Assembly (NCBI GenBank): GCA_040382075.1 | Contig: JBEIGD010000018.1 | Span: 10,161-74,160 of the forward strand | Length of the DNA: 64,000 bases | Origin: Opitutaceae bacterium | Lineage (GTDB): Bacteria; Verrucomicrobiota; Verrucomicrobiia; Opitutales; Opitutaceae | Direction of reading: 5' to 3' | Shown here: piece after piece, positions 18,055 to 28,438 of the stretch | Position numbering within the stretch: the first letter of the stretch is position 1 | Layout: each line of letters opens with the position of its first letter | Notes under the pieces: generated by a model | Database searches by the model: none | Told to the model about the DNA's origin: nothing | The model's input: the letters and a program-made list of their open reading frames with translations, nothing else | Translations under genes and position numbers: made by a program

Positions 18055-19713
18055 ATGCACTACACCTTGGGAATCGATGTTGGCACCGGCAGTGCCCGAG
18101 CAGGCATTTTTGACGCGCGAGGGAAGATGGCCGGAGCGGCCTCGTATCCCATCCGCATGTGGAAGCCCGCGCCGGATCACGTCGAGCAGTCCGCCGACGA
18201 CATCTGGCGCGCCTGCGCGCGCGCGGTGCGGTCCGCGCTGGCGAAGGCCGGCCTCAGCGGTGATGCCATCAAGGGAATTGGATTCGACGCGACGTGCTCG
18301 CTCGTCGCCGTGGACGCCGCAGGCCGGCCGGTCTCGCTGAGCACGACCGCTCGGCGCGAGCAGAACGTCATCGTCTGGATGGATCATCGCGCGATCCCGC
18401 AGGCCGACCGGATCAACCGCCTCGGTCACGCGGTGCTCCGCTACGTCGGCGGCGTGATCTCGCCGGAGATGCAGACGCCGAAGCTGCTTTGGGTGAAGGA
18501 GAACCTACCCGCCGCGTGGCGCGAGGCCGCGCACTTCTTCGACTTGCCCGACTATTTGACCTTCCGTGCGACCGGTGACTCCACGCGCTCGCTGTGCAGC
18601 ACGGTGTGCAAGTGGACGTACCTCGGGCACCGTCGCGGTGAGGGCAAGGGCTGGGACGCCGGGTACTTCCGGCGCATCGGCTTGGGTGACCTGGCGGACG
18701 AGGACTTCCGGCAGATCGGGCAGGTGGTTCGACCCATGGGCCAGCCGCTCGGCGGTGGCCTTTCGCCGCAGGCCGCGCGGGACCTTGGGCTTGCGCCGGG
18801 TACGCCGGTGGGGGTGTCGATCATCGACGCGCACGCCGGGGGACTCGGAATGCTCGGCGCGGTGCTGGACGGCCGCGCGCCGACGCCGGCGGCGCTGAAC
18901 CGGCGACTCGCCCTGATCGGCGGCACCTCCTCGTGCCACATGGCGGTGTCGCCGGAACCCCGCTTCATCCGCGGCATCTGGGGCCCGTACGCGTCGGCGA
19001 TGATTCCCGGCCTGTGGCTGACAGAGGGCGGACAGTCGGCGACCGGGGCGCTGGTCGACCACGTGATCTTCTCGCACGCGGCGGCGGCGGCAGTGAAGGC
19101 CGAGGCGCGTCGCACGAAGCGCACCGTCTACGAACTCCTGAACGAGCGGCTGGAGCGGCTCGCGAAGGCGGAGGGCGTGGCGCATCCGGCGGCGCTGACG
19201 CGCTCGCTGCACGTCCAGCCGGATTTCCACGGCAACCGCTCGCCGCGCGCGGACGCGACGCTGAAGGGCGTCGTCTCGGGTCTGACCCTTTCCGCGACGG
19301 CGGATGACCTCGCGAGGCAGTACCTCGCGGCGATCCAGGCGGTGGCGTACGGCACGCGTCACATCATCGAGGAGATGAACCGGCGTGGATACGCGATCGA
19401 CACGCTGCTGATCTGCGGCGGTGGCACGAAGAATCCGGTCTTTCTGCGCGAGCATGCGGACATCACGGGTTGTCGCTTGGTGCTCCCGCGCGAGCCCGAA
19501 GCCGTTCTGCTCGGCTCGGCGGTGCTCGGCGCCGTGGCGTCGGGTCGGCACGAGTCGGTGCTCGATGCGATGCGGGCGATGAATGCGGCGAGCCGTGTCA
19601 TTGTCCCGACGCGCGGGCCGGTGGCGCGGTACCATGCGGCCAAGTATCGGGTGTTCCATCGGATGCACGCGGACTTCCTCGCGCACCGCGAATTCATGGC
19701 CGCGGCAGAGTAA
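18055..19713 (+). CDS. FGGY-family carbohydrate (pentulose-type) kinase
   Basis: Start at ATG 18055 ([20 protein letters not shown]). FGGY N- and C-terminal domain patterns ([19 protein letters not shown]). Confidence 0.8.
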   Translation: MHYTLGIDVGTGSARAGIFDARGKMAGAASYPIRMWKPAPDHVEQSADDIWRACARAVRSALAKAGLSGDAIKGIGFDATCSLVAVDAAGRPVSLSTTARREQNVIVWMDHRAIPQADRINRLGHAVLRYVGGVISPEMQTPKLLWVKENLPAAWREAAHFFDLPDYLTFRATGDSTRSLCSTVCKWTYLGHRRGEGKGWDAGYFRRIGLGDLADEDFRQIGQVVRPMGQPLGGGLSPQAARDLGLAPGTPVGVSIIDAHAGGLGMLGAVLDGRAPTPAALNRRLALIGGTSSCHMAVSPEPRFIRGIWGPYASAMIPGLWLTEGGQSATGALVDHVIFSHAAAAAVKAEARRTKRTVYELLNERLERLAKAEGVAHPAALTRSLHVQPDFHGNRSPRADATLKGVVSGLTLSATADDLARQYLAAIQAVAYGTRHIIEEMNRRGYAIDTLLICGGGTKNPVFLREHADITGCRLVLPREPEAVLLGSAVLGAVASGRHESVLDAMRAMNAASRVIVPTRGPVARYHAAKYRVFHRMHADFLAHREFMAAAE

Positions 19714-19811
19714 AGCCCCGGGAATTTCATTGGCAGGCACGAGCGATTAAATGAGGCTCTATCCATCCCGTCGGGCCGCCGCATCGGCCGTCGGACCGCC
19801 GCTTTCTCCCC

Positions 19812-20195
19812 ATGATCTTCGAGCACTTTGCCCTGAATGTTCCGGACGTCCGCCGCCAAGCCCAGTGGTGGATCGACCACGTCGGATTCCACGTCGTTTG
19901 GCGGTTGGAGGAGGCCCCTTTCACCCATTTTCTGGGCGATGAATCGGGCCGCGTGGTGATGGAGCTCTACTCGACGCCGACGGTGCCGTACTGGCCGCAG
20001 GCCGAGCTGCCGACGGGCAGCTTCCACGTCGCGGTGGTGGCGGCCGACGCCCGCCAGGAACGGCAGCGTCTCCTCGAAGCGGGTGCGACCCTGCAGTCCG
20101 AGAACGTCTTTCCTGACGGCACCTGCCTCGTGATGCTCCGCGACCCGTGGGGCGTTTCGCTGCAGCTGTGCCAGCGGGCGAAGCCGTGGCGGTGA
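19812..20195 (+). CDS. VOC (glyoxalase/bleomycin-resistance/dioxygenase) family protein
   Basis: MIFEHFALNVPDVRRQAQWW...FHVAV...DPWGVSLQL is the typical VOC beta-alpha-beta-beta-beta module. Confidence 0.7.
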   Translation: MIFEHFALNVPDVRRQAQWWIDHVGFHVVWRLEEAPFTHFLGDESGRVVMELYSTPTVPYWPQAELPTGSFHVAVVAADARQERQRLLEAGATLQSENVFPDGTCLVMLRDPWGVSLQLCQRAKPWR

Positions 20196-20385
20196 CCGCC
20201 GCCGCTTCGGTCGAGGATCGGCATCCGGCGAGCGCGAACGGTCCGGTCCGGAGCGGGGGTCTCATCTTGGCCGCCGCGGGGCTGGATCCTCGTGCGGGCC
20301 CTCGTGTGGTCCGCAGGTGGCGCTGGTGGTCAAGGTCCGATCGCGGCCGTTGCGCTGCGACGCCACGGCGCACGCGGCGGCTGGT

Positions 20386-21456
20386 TCAGTGCCGCCGCCC
20401 CGGCCAGTTCTCCGGAGACCGCCAGAACTCTCCGCTGCGATCGCCGTAATACGAGGTCAGGGCGGCATCCATGACCGCAGAGGTGCGGCGGGCGGACGCG
20501 CCGGTGCTCGGGCAGGCGGCCCGGCCGAGTAGGTCGTCGACGACGGTCTGGATCAGAGGCTGCGCCACGTGCGGCGGGTGGGCGATCTCCAGTTCGGTGA
20601 CTTCCCTGCCGCGGGTCAGGCGGAGCGGCATCGGGTCGAACACGGAGTATTCAATGGAGCCGTCGGTGCCGCTGAGGCGGCAGATATCGCGGGTGGAGTC
20701 TGACGCGAAGTTCCACGACGCGACGCCGCCGGCGCCGCCGGCGGTGAAGTGCAGAATGACCGAGTCCTCGGCCTCCTGCGCCGGACCGACGTTGGCGGCG
20801 CGACCGGAGACGTGGCCCAGCGGACCGACGAGGAAGTCGATGAGGTCGAGCGCGTGCGAGCCGAGGTCGAGGAACAGTCCGCCGCCGGCCGCACGCACGT
20901 CCGTGCGCCAGCCCGCTGCGGACCGGTGGGACGGGGAGGCGTGGAGGTAGTCGATTCCGGTGAGCCGCCCGATCGCGCCGTCGTCGAGCCAGCGTTTGAC
21001 CTGGAGGAAGCGGGGGAGCGCGCGCCGGTAGTAGGCGACGTAGAGCGGTAGACCGCGTGCCGCGAAGGCGGCGATCATGCGGTCGCACTCGGCGGTCGAC
21101 CGCGCCATCGGTTTCTCGACGTAGGCGGGCTTGCCGGCGGCGGCGACCTGAAGGGCGTAGGATTCGTGCGAGTCCGGCGGCGTGGCGATGTAGACGGCGT
21201 CGACCTCGGGATCCGCGATGAGGGCCTCGGCACGATCGTACCAACGCGGCACGCCGTGGCGCCGCGCGTAGTCGGCGGCGAGGGCGCCATCACGGCGCAT
21301 CACGGCGACCAACTGCGAGCCGGCGGCGAGGCGGAAGCCGGGGCCGCTCTTGACCTCGGTGACGTTACCGCAGCCGATGATGCCCCAGCGCACGACGCCG
21401 GGCTCGCGTCCAATGCTGGCGGGAAAGGAGAAGGGGGAAGGAACCGGGGAGGACAT
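20386..21456 (-). CDS. Gfo/Idh/MocA-family NAD(P)-dependent oxidoreductase
   Basis: Start at ATG 21454-21456. Rossmann motif VRWGIIGCGNV and the EKP motif (AYVEKPMA). Confidence 0.8.
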   Translation of the reverse strand: MSSPVPSPFSFPASIGREPGVVRWGIIGCGNVTEVKSGPGFRLAAGSQLVAVMRRDGALAADYARRHGVPRWYDRAEALIADPEVDAVYIATPPDSHESYALQVAAAGKPAYVEKPMARSTAECDRMIAAFAARGLPLYVAYYRRALPRFLQVKRWLDDGAIGRLTGIDYLHASPSHRSAAGWRTDVRAAGGGLFLDLGSHALDLIDFLVGPLGHVSGRAANVGPAQEAEDSVILHFTAGGAGGVASWNFASDSTRDICRLSGTDGSIEYSVFDPMPLRLTRGREVTELEIAHPPHVAQPLIQTVVDDLLGRAACPSTGASARRTSAVMDAALTSYYGDRSGEFWRSPENWPGRRH

Positions 21457-21686
21457 GGGGTGGCGGGAGGATGGAGGGAACGCGGTGAAACCTGCAACCG
21501 TTCGCGCGAGTCCTGGTGCGCTCGCGGGTGCCGCAGGATCCCGACTCAAGGAGGAGGTTGCGGAGAAGGTGCGGGCGGGTGCGCGGTTGGACGAGGTCGT
21601 TCGAGGCCTTCTTGGTGACCGCGCTGTCCGAGACGTGTCGGCGATCGGCCGGCCCGCTGATTGGCGGGATGGGGTGCGCCCTCCGT

Positions 21687-23534
21687 CTAGTCAGCGACGA
21701 GGGTCGGCATCGGCCTCCGCGTCAATCGGAGATGCTTGAAGTCCATGACCTGCGATCCCGGCTTGGAGACGGCTCCAAGCGTGATGCGGGTCCGGCCCTC
21801 CTTCAGCGGAATGCTCCCGAGCCGCAACGAGGACCATTCGCGGTTCCGGTACGGTGACTTTCCGTCGCGATGGGGCAGAGGAATCTCCCGCGCGGGTGCG
21901 GCTGGCACTTCGACCTCGAGAGCGGTGCGACCGGCGGAGAGGATGACGCGGGATCCGGCATCGGCGGCGGAGCAGGCGAACGCTATTTCGACCTCGTACT
22001 GACCGGCGGTCGCCACGTCGACTTCGAACCAGAGTCGAGCCTGTGGATCAGTCCATGACGTCAGCCAGTCGTTGGCCGCGCCGGAACCGACCGCATAGCG
22101 GAGCGGCTCCGAAAAGAACGCCTGTGGGGCGTGCAGATCGACCGGGTTTTGCTCCGGGTAGCCGATGGGCAGAGGGAAACGCTCGAGGCCGGCGCGCGAG
22201 ATGTCGGCGAACCACGACTCGTAACGCGCGCTGAGTTCCGTCACGATCTCGGGGTGGTCGTTGGCGACATTTTTCCGCTGCCCGGGGTCGGCCTGCATAT
22301 CATAGAGCTGCCAGGGAGTGGCACTCGCGTCGTTGGCCTTTGCTCGCGACCCGCCTGACGGACCTTCAATCTCGCGAACGAGGCGGTAGCGTTCCGTGCG
22401 GACCGCGCCGGGATACCGATTCGTCTCGTCGATGGGATTGTGAATGAACAAGGTGCGCTCCGGCCACGCCGCTTGGTTGCCCACCTCGAGAAGGGAGCGA
22501 AGGCTGAGTCCGTCAAGGGTCGCCGTGTCCGGTGTGGTGGATTCGCAGAGATCGAGGAGCGTGGGAAACAGATCAACGTGGGCGACGATGCGGTCGACCA
22601 CCGCCGGCTTCCACTTCGCGGCTGGCCATCGTACGAACAAAGGAACCCGGGATCCGCCCTCATGGACGCTTGTCTTTCCACCGCGCATCCCGGCGTTGTA
22701 GACCCTTACGCCGGCGGTGCCGCCGTTGTCCGTCAGGAACAGAACGATCGTATTCTCTGCCACTCCCTCCGCTTCCAGATGCGCGAGCAGTCGACCGACG
22801 TTATCATCGAGGTTTTCGCACATGCCGAAGAACGCGGCGACCGTGTCGTCGAATCCCTTCGCCTTGAACCGGTCGAAGTATCGATCCGGGACTTGGTAAG
22901 GCGAGTGCGGTGCAGGGTGGGAAAGATAGCAGAAGAAAGGCTGGTTCCGGTTCGCGGAAATGAACCGCATGGCTTCATCGGTCAGCACGTCGGTGATGTA
23001 GCCCTTGGTTGGTTCAGGCGTGCTACCGCGCAGCAGCACCGGATCGAAGTACAGGTTCACGTGTCCGGCGTTGAAGCCCAAGGCCTCGTGGAATCCCTGG
23101 CCCGTTGGAGTGAAGGGAAACTGTTCTCCATTGTGCCACTTGCCGATGCACGCGGAGCGGTACCCTCTGCCCGCGAGAGCCTCGGCCAGCGTGACCTCGG
23201 AGGGCCTCATGGCCTCCGCGTTGCGGGTGACCCCGTGACAGCCCGTGCGCAGCGGCCAGCGTCCGGTGAGGAGAGCCGCGCGAGTGGGGGCGCAGAACGA
23301 ACTGACGAAGAAACGGTCGAACCGGACGCTCTCCCGCCCGAGCCGATCGAGATGCGGCGTCCGCAGGTGCGGGTTGCCGTGGATCGAGAGATCGCCATAG
23401 CCCTGATCGTCGGTGATGATCAGGAGGATGTTGGGCGAAGACGCGCTTGCGGCGACCACCGCCCGGCTAGGCGATGCCGCGACGAGGATCAGCGCGACGG
23501 CCGCGATCAGGTGCCTGCCGACTCGAAGTTTCAT
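21687..23534 (-). CDS. Cys-type (formylglycine) sulfatase with C-terminal beta-sandwich (CBM-like) domain
   Basis: Start at ATG 23532-23534 (MKLRVGRHLIAAVALILVAAS). Motif NILLIITDDQGYGD and the C-x-P-x-R box in SSFCAPTRAALLTGR. About 130 extra C-terminal residues (WFEVDVATAGQYEVEIAF...). Confidence 0.9.
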   Translation of the reverse strand: MKLRVGRHLIAAVALILVAASPSRAVVAASASSPNILLIITDDQGYGDLSIHGNPHLRTPHLDRLGRESVRFDRFFVSSFCAPTRAALLTGRWPLRTGCHGVTRNAEAMRPSEVTLAEALAGRGYRSACIGKWHNGEQFPFTPTGQGFHEALGFNAGHVNLYFDPVLLRGSTPEPTKGYITDVLTDEAMRFISANRNQPFFCYLSHPAPHSPYQVPDRYFDRFKAKGFDDTVAAFFGMCENLDDNVGRLLAHLEAEGVAENTIVLFLTDNGGTAGVRVYNAGMRGGKTSVHEGGSRVPLFVRWPAAKWKPAVVDRIVAHVDLFPTLLDLCESTTPDTATLDGLSLRSLLEVGNQAAWPERTLFIHNPIDETNRYPGAVRTERYRLVREIEGPSGGSRAKANDASATPWQLYDMQADPGQRKNVANDHPEIVTELSARYESWFADISRAGLERFPLPIGYPEQNPVDLHAPQAFFSEPLRYAVGSGAANDWLTSWTDPQARLWFEVDVATAGQYEVEIAFACSAADAGSRVILSAGRTALEVEVPAAPAREIPLPHRDGKSPYRNREWSSLRLGSIPLKEGRTRITLGAVSKPGSQVMDFKHLRLTRRPMPTLVAD

Positions 23535-23602
23535 GCTCTCCTGTCGCCTCGGCACGATCTGGGTGCTTCGCCGCTTGGGTGGGTTCACCTCCGCACGCGT
23601 GG

Positions 23603-23635
23603 CCGGGTCCCGGCCGGCCTGGCTTCGGGACCCGG
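23603..23635 (-). other. GC-rich intercistronic stem-loop between the TBDR and the sulfatase
   Basis: CCGGGTCCCG (23603-23612) pairs with CGGGACCCGG (23626-23635) across a 13-nt loop. No U-tract follows, so function (processing, stability or attenuation) is unknown. Confidence 0.3.
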
Positions 23636-23647
23636 GGCGCGGAGCGG

Positions 23648-25930
23648 TCAGTACTTCACGGTTGCACTCAGGTAGACGGTGCGCGGGGAGTCGACGGTGT
23701 TGCTGCCGGGGGCGATGGCGGCCTGGACGAAGATGACGTCGGTCAGGTTCTCGCAGGTGAGGGCGAAGTCCCAGTTCTTCCGTCGGTAGTTGAGACCTGC
23801 GTCCCAGCGGGTGGCGGCAGGGTGCTGGTAGGTGTTCTCGGCGATGCCCCAGACCTCGGTCTGGTGGACGATGCCGGCGCGAACCGAGAAACCGGTGGCC
23901 CGCTCGGCGACGAAGTCATACTTGGCGAAGGCCTGGATCTTGTGCTTGGGGATGCCGCGGAGTTCGCGGGGCGAGCGACCATCGGACTTGAAGCCCGGGG
24001 CCTGAGTTTCCGTGTAGGCGTAGCCGCCGACGAGGGCGAGGTTGCGGCGGAGGCTGCCGCTGAACTCGACCTCCCAGCCCTTGGCCAGGTTGCCGCTCTC
24101 GATGATGTTCTGGGAGCCGCCGGGGACGTTCACGATGTCGTTGCTGGTGTTGGCGCGGACGTTGTCGACCTGCACGATTTCGAAGTGGGCGACATTGATG
24201 CCGAAGGCGCCGTCGAGGAGACTCGCCTTGAAACCAAACTCGTCGTTCGTGGTCAGCGGGGTGACCGTGCGGAGGATCTGGCGGGGATCGGTGAGTGGGA
24301 TGCCCGGGAAGGTGGCGACCTGGCGGCTAGCCGCGCCGGCCTCGCTGTAGACGGCGTAGGCGGACAACCACGACAGCGGCTTGAGCGTGAGTCCGTACAT
24401 CGGGCTTTCCACCGTCGGGGTGGTCTTCACGTTGGTGAAAGCACCGGTGAAGTTGTTGCGCGTCCAGGAGGCCTTGCCTTGGTCACGGCGGAGCCCGCCG
24501 GTCACTACCACACGATCGTTGAAGCCAGTGAGCTGGGCGTTGGCGAAGTAGCCGAAGTTTCCGCCCTTGGAGGTGTTGTCGACGGTCTTGACCATTGGCG
24601 TGCGCAGGGGAACGCCGTACACGGGGCTGCTGATGTTGATCGGCTCCATCTGGCCAGTCGTCGTGGTACCCGCGCCATCGGTGCGGCCGAGATCGTAACC
24701 GACCAGCACCGTAGCGCCGAGGTTACCGTCCATCCACTTCGTCGTTCCCACGATGTCGCCCTGCGCGCGGAGGATCTGGCTCTCTCCGGTGTTGCGCGTC
24801 GCGTTGCGCTCGTAGAAAATTTCGCCGTTGTTGTTGTAGGCAAAGAAGTTCGCCACGACGGCGCGGTAGTGGTCGGTCGAACTGTCGAAGTACGAGATGG
24901 CCTGCCGGGCGGCGAACACGTCGTTGAACTGGTGGGTGATCGTGGTGAAGATCGAGTAGAGTTCGGCGTAGAAGCCCATGCCCGGTTCGCCGCTGGAGTT
25001 GAGGGACATCGGCGCCCATTGACCGAGCTTGAAGCGCGGCGTGACGCCCGGCGGCACGACGACCGCCTGCGGCACGCTGATGGCGCTCGTCTGGCTGACG
25101 GTGTTGACCGGGGCGACGTAGGGCGTGCTGAAGCCGCCCGGCGTGAGTCCATCGTAGTACTCCAGGTCCACGGAGACCTGGGTCTTGCTCGAGACCTGCC
25201 AGAGGAAGGAGGGGTAGAGCGCCGTCTTGCGGAGCTTCTCGTTGTCGCGGAAGCTGTCGGCGGTGAGGTGGACGGCATTCAGGCGGTAGGCCATGCTCGT
25301 GCCGGCGATCGGACCCGTGGCATCGATCGTGCCGCGCAGGAAGCCGCGGGAGCCCATGGTCGCCGTCGCCGTCACCGCCTCCTTCATCTGGGGCCGCTTG
25401 GTGATGATGTTGACGTATCCACCGGACTCGGACGAACCGGCGATCGAGGCGGAAGGCCCCTTGATGATCTCGATCCGGTCCACGTTGATCATGTCGGTTT
25501 CGAAGCCCGGGACGAGGAAGCCATTCCGGTACCGATTCGACACGATGAAGCCGCGGATGACGCTACCATCGCGGACGTTCTGGCGCTGGGTGACGCCGGG
25601 GGTGTAGCGCACCGCCTGCTCGTAGGAGAAGGCCGAGATGTCCTTCAGCAGGTTCTCATTGAGCACGCTGATCGTCTGCGGCACATTCTCGGCTGGCGTA
25701 TTGAGGCGGGTGGCGGAGGCGAGATTGGAGGAGCCGTAGGCGCGCGCGGGATTTTCCCGGACCGTGAAGACGTCGAGCGTGACGGTTTTTTCCTCCGCCA
25801 CGGGCGGCACGGTCTGCTGGCCGTGAAGGCCGACGGAGGGGACGAGCGCGAGAACGGCGGCCAGCAGGGTGCGCCGGCGGTACGGTAGCGATTGGTGGTT
25901 GGTTGTCATGGGGGTGGGGTAGAGGAGCAA
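23648..25930 (-). CDS. TonB-dependent receptor
   Basis: Signal-like N-terminus (alternative start at 25909, MTTNHQSLPYRRRTLLAAVLAL). Plug motifs (NTPAENVPQTISVLNE, IDRIEIIKGPSASIAGSSESGG). Terminal ...LSATVKY. Confidence 0.85.
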   Translation of the reverse strand: MLLYPTPMTTNHQSLPYRRRTLLAAVLALVPSVGLHGQQTVPPVAEEKTVTLDVFTVRENPARAYGSSNLASATRLNTPAENVPQTISVLNENLLKDISAFSYEQAVRYTPGVTQRQNVRDGSVIRGFIVSNRYRNGFLVPGFETDMINVDRIEIIKGPSASIAGSSESGGYVNIITKRPQMKEAVTATATMGSRGFLRGTIDATGPIAGTSMAYRLNAVHLTADSFRDNEKLRKTALYPSFLWQVSSKTQVSVDLEYYDGLTPGGFSTPYVAPVNTVSQTSAISVPQAVVVPPGVTPRFKLGQWAPMSLNSSGEPGMGFYAELYSIFTTITHQFNDVFAARQAISYFDSSTDHYRAVVANFFAYNNNGEIFYERNATRNTGESQILRAQGDIVGTTKWMDGNLGATVLVGYDLGRTDGAGTTTTGQMEPINISSPVYGVPLRTPMVKTVDNTSKGGNFGYFANAQLTGFNDRVVVTGGLRRDQGKASWTRNNFTGAFTNVKTTPTVESPMYGLTLKPLSWLSAYAVYSEAGAASRQVATFPGIPLTDPRQILRTVTPLTTNDEFGFKASLLDGAFGINVAHFEIVQVDNVRANTSNDIVNVPGGSQNIIESGNLAKGWEVEFSGSLRRNLALVGGYAYTETQAPGFKSDGRSPRELRGIPKHKIQAFAKYDFVAERATGFSVRAGIVHQTEVWGIAENTYQHPAATRWDAGLNYRRKNWDFALTCENLTDVIFVQAAIAPGSNTVDSPRTVYLSATVKY

Positions 25931-26080
25931 GGAGAACGGGCCCGCCGCTAGATCACGCGTCGGCGGCGATGGGGAGGGAGGGGGGCGATACCAGAGAGGG
26001 CAGGTGCCGCCGTCGTTTCGGTGCGGCCGGGGAAAGAATGAATAGAAGGGACCCGGACCGCGGACTTACTTCTGGTTAGG

Positions 26081-26116
26081 ATTGTCAACAATCACGTCAA
26101 GAGAATTGTTAACAAA
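26081..26116. promoter_or_regulatory. Two GntR-type operator-like boxes upstream of the TBDR
   Basis: ATTGTCAACAATCA (26081-26094) and AATTGTTAACAAA (26104-26116). Both share the core TTGT-NN-ACAA. They lie 151-186 bp upstream of the TBDR start. Confidence 0.5.
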
Positions 26117-26215
26117 CGGCACCGCTTTGCTCAAATTATGCACCGCGCGCGCTGAGAGTTTCGGCAGGGAGGGTGCCCGATGCGGAAGCGTGGAGCCTCG
26201 CGGAACGCTGTCGGA

Positions 26216-27001
26216 TCAGGCGCTGGGCGTTGGCTTGCGCCGCGCCGCGAAGAACTGGGCCAGCCGCGGGGTGGCATCGCCGGAGGAAAGGCAGCGCTCG
26301 GACGCGGCGGCCTCGACGTCCGCGTTCTCCGCGAGGGAGGAAGTGCCGCACGTGGCGAGGATTGCCTTGGTCTCCCGGACAGCCGAGCGGCTGTTGCCGG
26401 CGACCGCGGCGGTGAAGGCGTCGACACGGGCGGGAAGTTCGGCGGCGGGGCCCGACCAATCGACCAGTCCGATCCTGGTGGCCTCGTCGGCTTCGATCAT
26501 CCGGGCGGTGAAGGCGAGTTCCTTGGCGCGGGCCAGACCGACGCGGCGCGCAAGGCGGTAGCAGCCACCCCAGCCAGTCACAAGGCCGAGCTTCACTTCA
26601 GTTTGACCGAAGCGGGCGGTGTCGGCGGCAAAAATGAGATCGCAGGCCATCGCCAACTCTATGCCGCCCCCGAGCGCATAACCCTCGACCATTGCCACCA
26701 CGGGCAGTGGCAGGGCTTCGAGACGGTTCATCAGCTGATGTCCGCGGTGCACCCACCCGGCGACCGTCGCGGCGGTGATCGTCTCCATCACGTTGAGGTT
26801 CGCCCCGGCGCAGAAGAATCGCGGCGACTGGCTCCGCAGGACCAAGCACACGAGTGTCTCGGCCCGCGACTCGACCTCGGCACAGACGGCGTCGAGCCCG
26901 TCGATGACTCGAGGATCGAGCGTCGGGGGCTTGCCCTCCGGCGGAACGAGGGTGACGTGGGCGATCGCGTCGCGGTAGGAAACGTGGACCTCGGTGCGCA
27001 T
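26216..27001 (-). CDS. Enoyl-CoA hydratase/isomerase (crotonase) family protein
   Basis: FFCAGANL, VEGYALGGGIELAMACDLIFAADTARFGQTEVKLGL and a second acidic residue context (AKELAFT). Confidence 0.8.
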   Translation of the reverse strand: MRTEVHVSYRDAIAHVTLVPPEGKPPTLDPRVIDGLDAVCAEVESRAETLVCLVLRSQSPRFFCAGANLNVMETITAATVAGWVHRGHQLMNRLEALPLPVVAMVEGYALGGGIELAMACDLIFAADTARFGQTEVKLGLVTGWGGCYRLARRVGLARAKELAFTARMIEADEATRIGLVDWSGPAAELPARVDAFTAAVAGNSRSAVRETKAILATCGTSSLAENADVEAAASERCLSSGDATPRLAQFFAARRKPTPSA

Positions 27002-27054
27002 GGGTCGAAGCGGGCAAGCGCAGGCGGAGCGAGAAAGGGGGTTCTGTCAAACGT

Positions 27055-27075
27055 ATTGTTGACAAAATACAATCA
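27055..27075. promoter_or_regulatory. GntR-type operator-like box in the divergent crotonase / CoA-transferase promoter region
   Basis: ATTGTTGACAAAATACAATCA, identical at 19 of 21 positions to the box at 29097-29117. It lies 54 bp from the crotonase ATG and 22 bp from the CoA-transferase ATG. Confidence 0.55.
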
Positions 27076-27096
27076 GCTCCTGCACGGTGTGCGGCA

Positions 27097-28326
27097 ATGC
27101 ATCCTCCCGAGTCGGCGCTGAGCGGAATCCGTGTACTCGATTTCACGCACGTCTATCAGGGTCCGGTTGGGACCCAGATCCTGGCGGACTACGGGGCCGA
27201 CGTGATCAAGATCGAGCGGCCCGGCGCGGGCGACTGGAGTCGCCGCTGGGGGCCGTTTGTGCATGGCGTGAGCCTGCCCTTTGCCGGCCTGAACCGGAAC
27301 AAGCGGAGCGTGGCGATCGACGTGAAAAACCCGCAGGGTCGCCAGGCCGTGTACGATCTCGTGACGAAGGCGGATGTGGTCGTGCACAACTTCCGGGCCG
27401 GCGTGATGGAGAAGCTTGGTTTCGGTTACGATGATCTGGCGCGGATCAATCCGCGGCTGGTCTATGCATGGTCGGGAGGGTGGGGTGATCGGGGACCGTC
27501 GGCGGATCGCGCGCGAGGCGGGCACGATCTCATGGCGCGGGCGGAGGCGGGCTGGTTCGTGCAACCGGATCGGTCCAAGCCGCCGATCCCGGCGGGGATC
27601 TCGGCGGACTACGCGGCGGGGCTCATGCTGATGCAGGGCATCCTGATGGCGCTGCTGGCCAGGGTGCGCACGGGTCGTGGCCAGCGGGTGACGACCGACC
27701 TCCTCAGCGTGGCGTTCCACGCGCACTCCTGGGAAGGGCCGGCGGAGATGAACGCGGACCGGATCACCGAGGTCTCGGGCGTGATCGCGAACGAAAGCAC
27801 CATCGACAAGTCGTTCGCGACGCGCGACGGCTACATCGAGATCTCGCCGGTGTTCAGCGAGAATGCTCTGCGGGATATTTCGGTCGCGCTGGGCCTAGGG
27901 GACCTGTCGCTGGACGAGCGCTTTCGCACCTTCGAACTGCAGGAGCGGAACCGCGAGGCGCTGAACGCCGCGTTGGCGGCTCGCCTGCGCGACCGGACAA
28001 CGTCGGAATGGCTGGCTGAGTTGGAAGCCAAGGGCGTGCTCTGCGCGCGGATCAATACGATCGCCGAGGCCGCCGCCGACGCCCAGCTTCAGGCCAACCA
28101 GATGGTGGTCGACATGGAACATCCGGCGGGTGGGTCGCTCCGCCTGCTCGGCACCCCGGTCCGGCTCTACGGCACCCCCCCGCAACCGCGCGTGTTCGCG
28201 CCGGAACTCGGGGCGCACACTCGCGAGGTCCTGCAAGAGTTCGGCTACTCCGCAGAACAGGTCGAGGAGTTGGAGTCTCGCGGCGTCGTGCACACGGCAG
28301 TGGCCCCGGCGGCGAGCGCCGGGTAG
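27097..28326 (+). CDS. Family III CoA-transferase (CaiB/BaiF family)
   Basis: LSGIRVLDFTHVYQGPVGTQILADYGADVIKIERPGAGD is the canonical family III N-terminus. Confidence 0.85.
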   Translation: MHPPESALSGIRVLDFTHVYQGPVGTQILADYGADVIKIERPGAGDWSRRWGPFVHGVSLPFAGLNRNKRSVAIDVKNPQGRQAVYDLVTKADVVVHNFRAGVMEKLGFGYDDLARINPRLVYAWSGGWGDRGPSADRARGGHDLMARAEAGWFVQPDRSKPPIPAGISADYAAGLMLMQGILMALLARVRTGRGQRVTTDLLSVAFHAHSWEGPAEMNADRITEVSGVIANESTIDKSFATRDGYIEISPVFSENALRDISVALGLGDLSLDERFRTFELQERNREALNAALAARLRDRTTSEWLAELEAKGVLCARINTIAEAAADAQLQANQMVVDMEHPAGGSLRLLGTPVRLYGTPPQPRVFAPELGAHTREVLQEFGYSAEQVEELESRGVVHTAVAPAASAG

Positions 28327-28438
28327 TCCTCTCGCTCGCTGCGGCCGGCGCCGATGCGAGCAGCGCGGCGGACGTTCGCACCTCCGTGGTCTCCCGCCAG
28401 CGACGCAGCACCGGGGTTGGCGGCGCCGTGCTGGCTCG

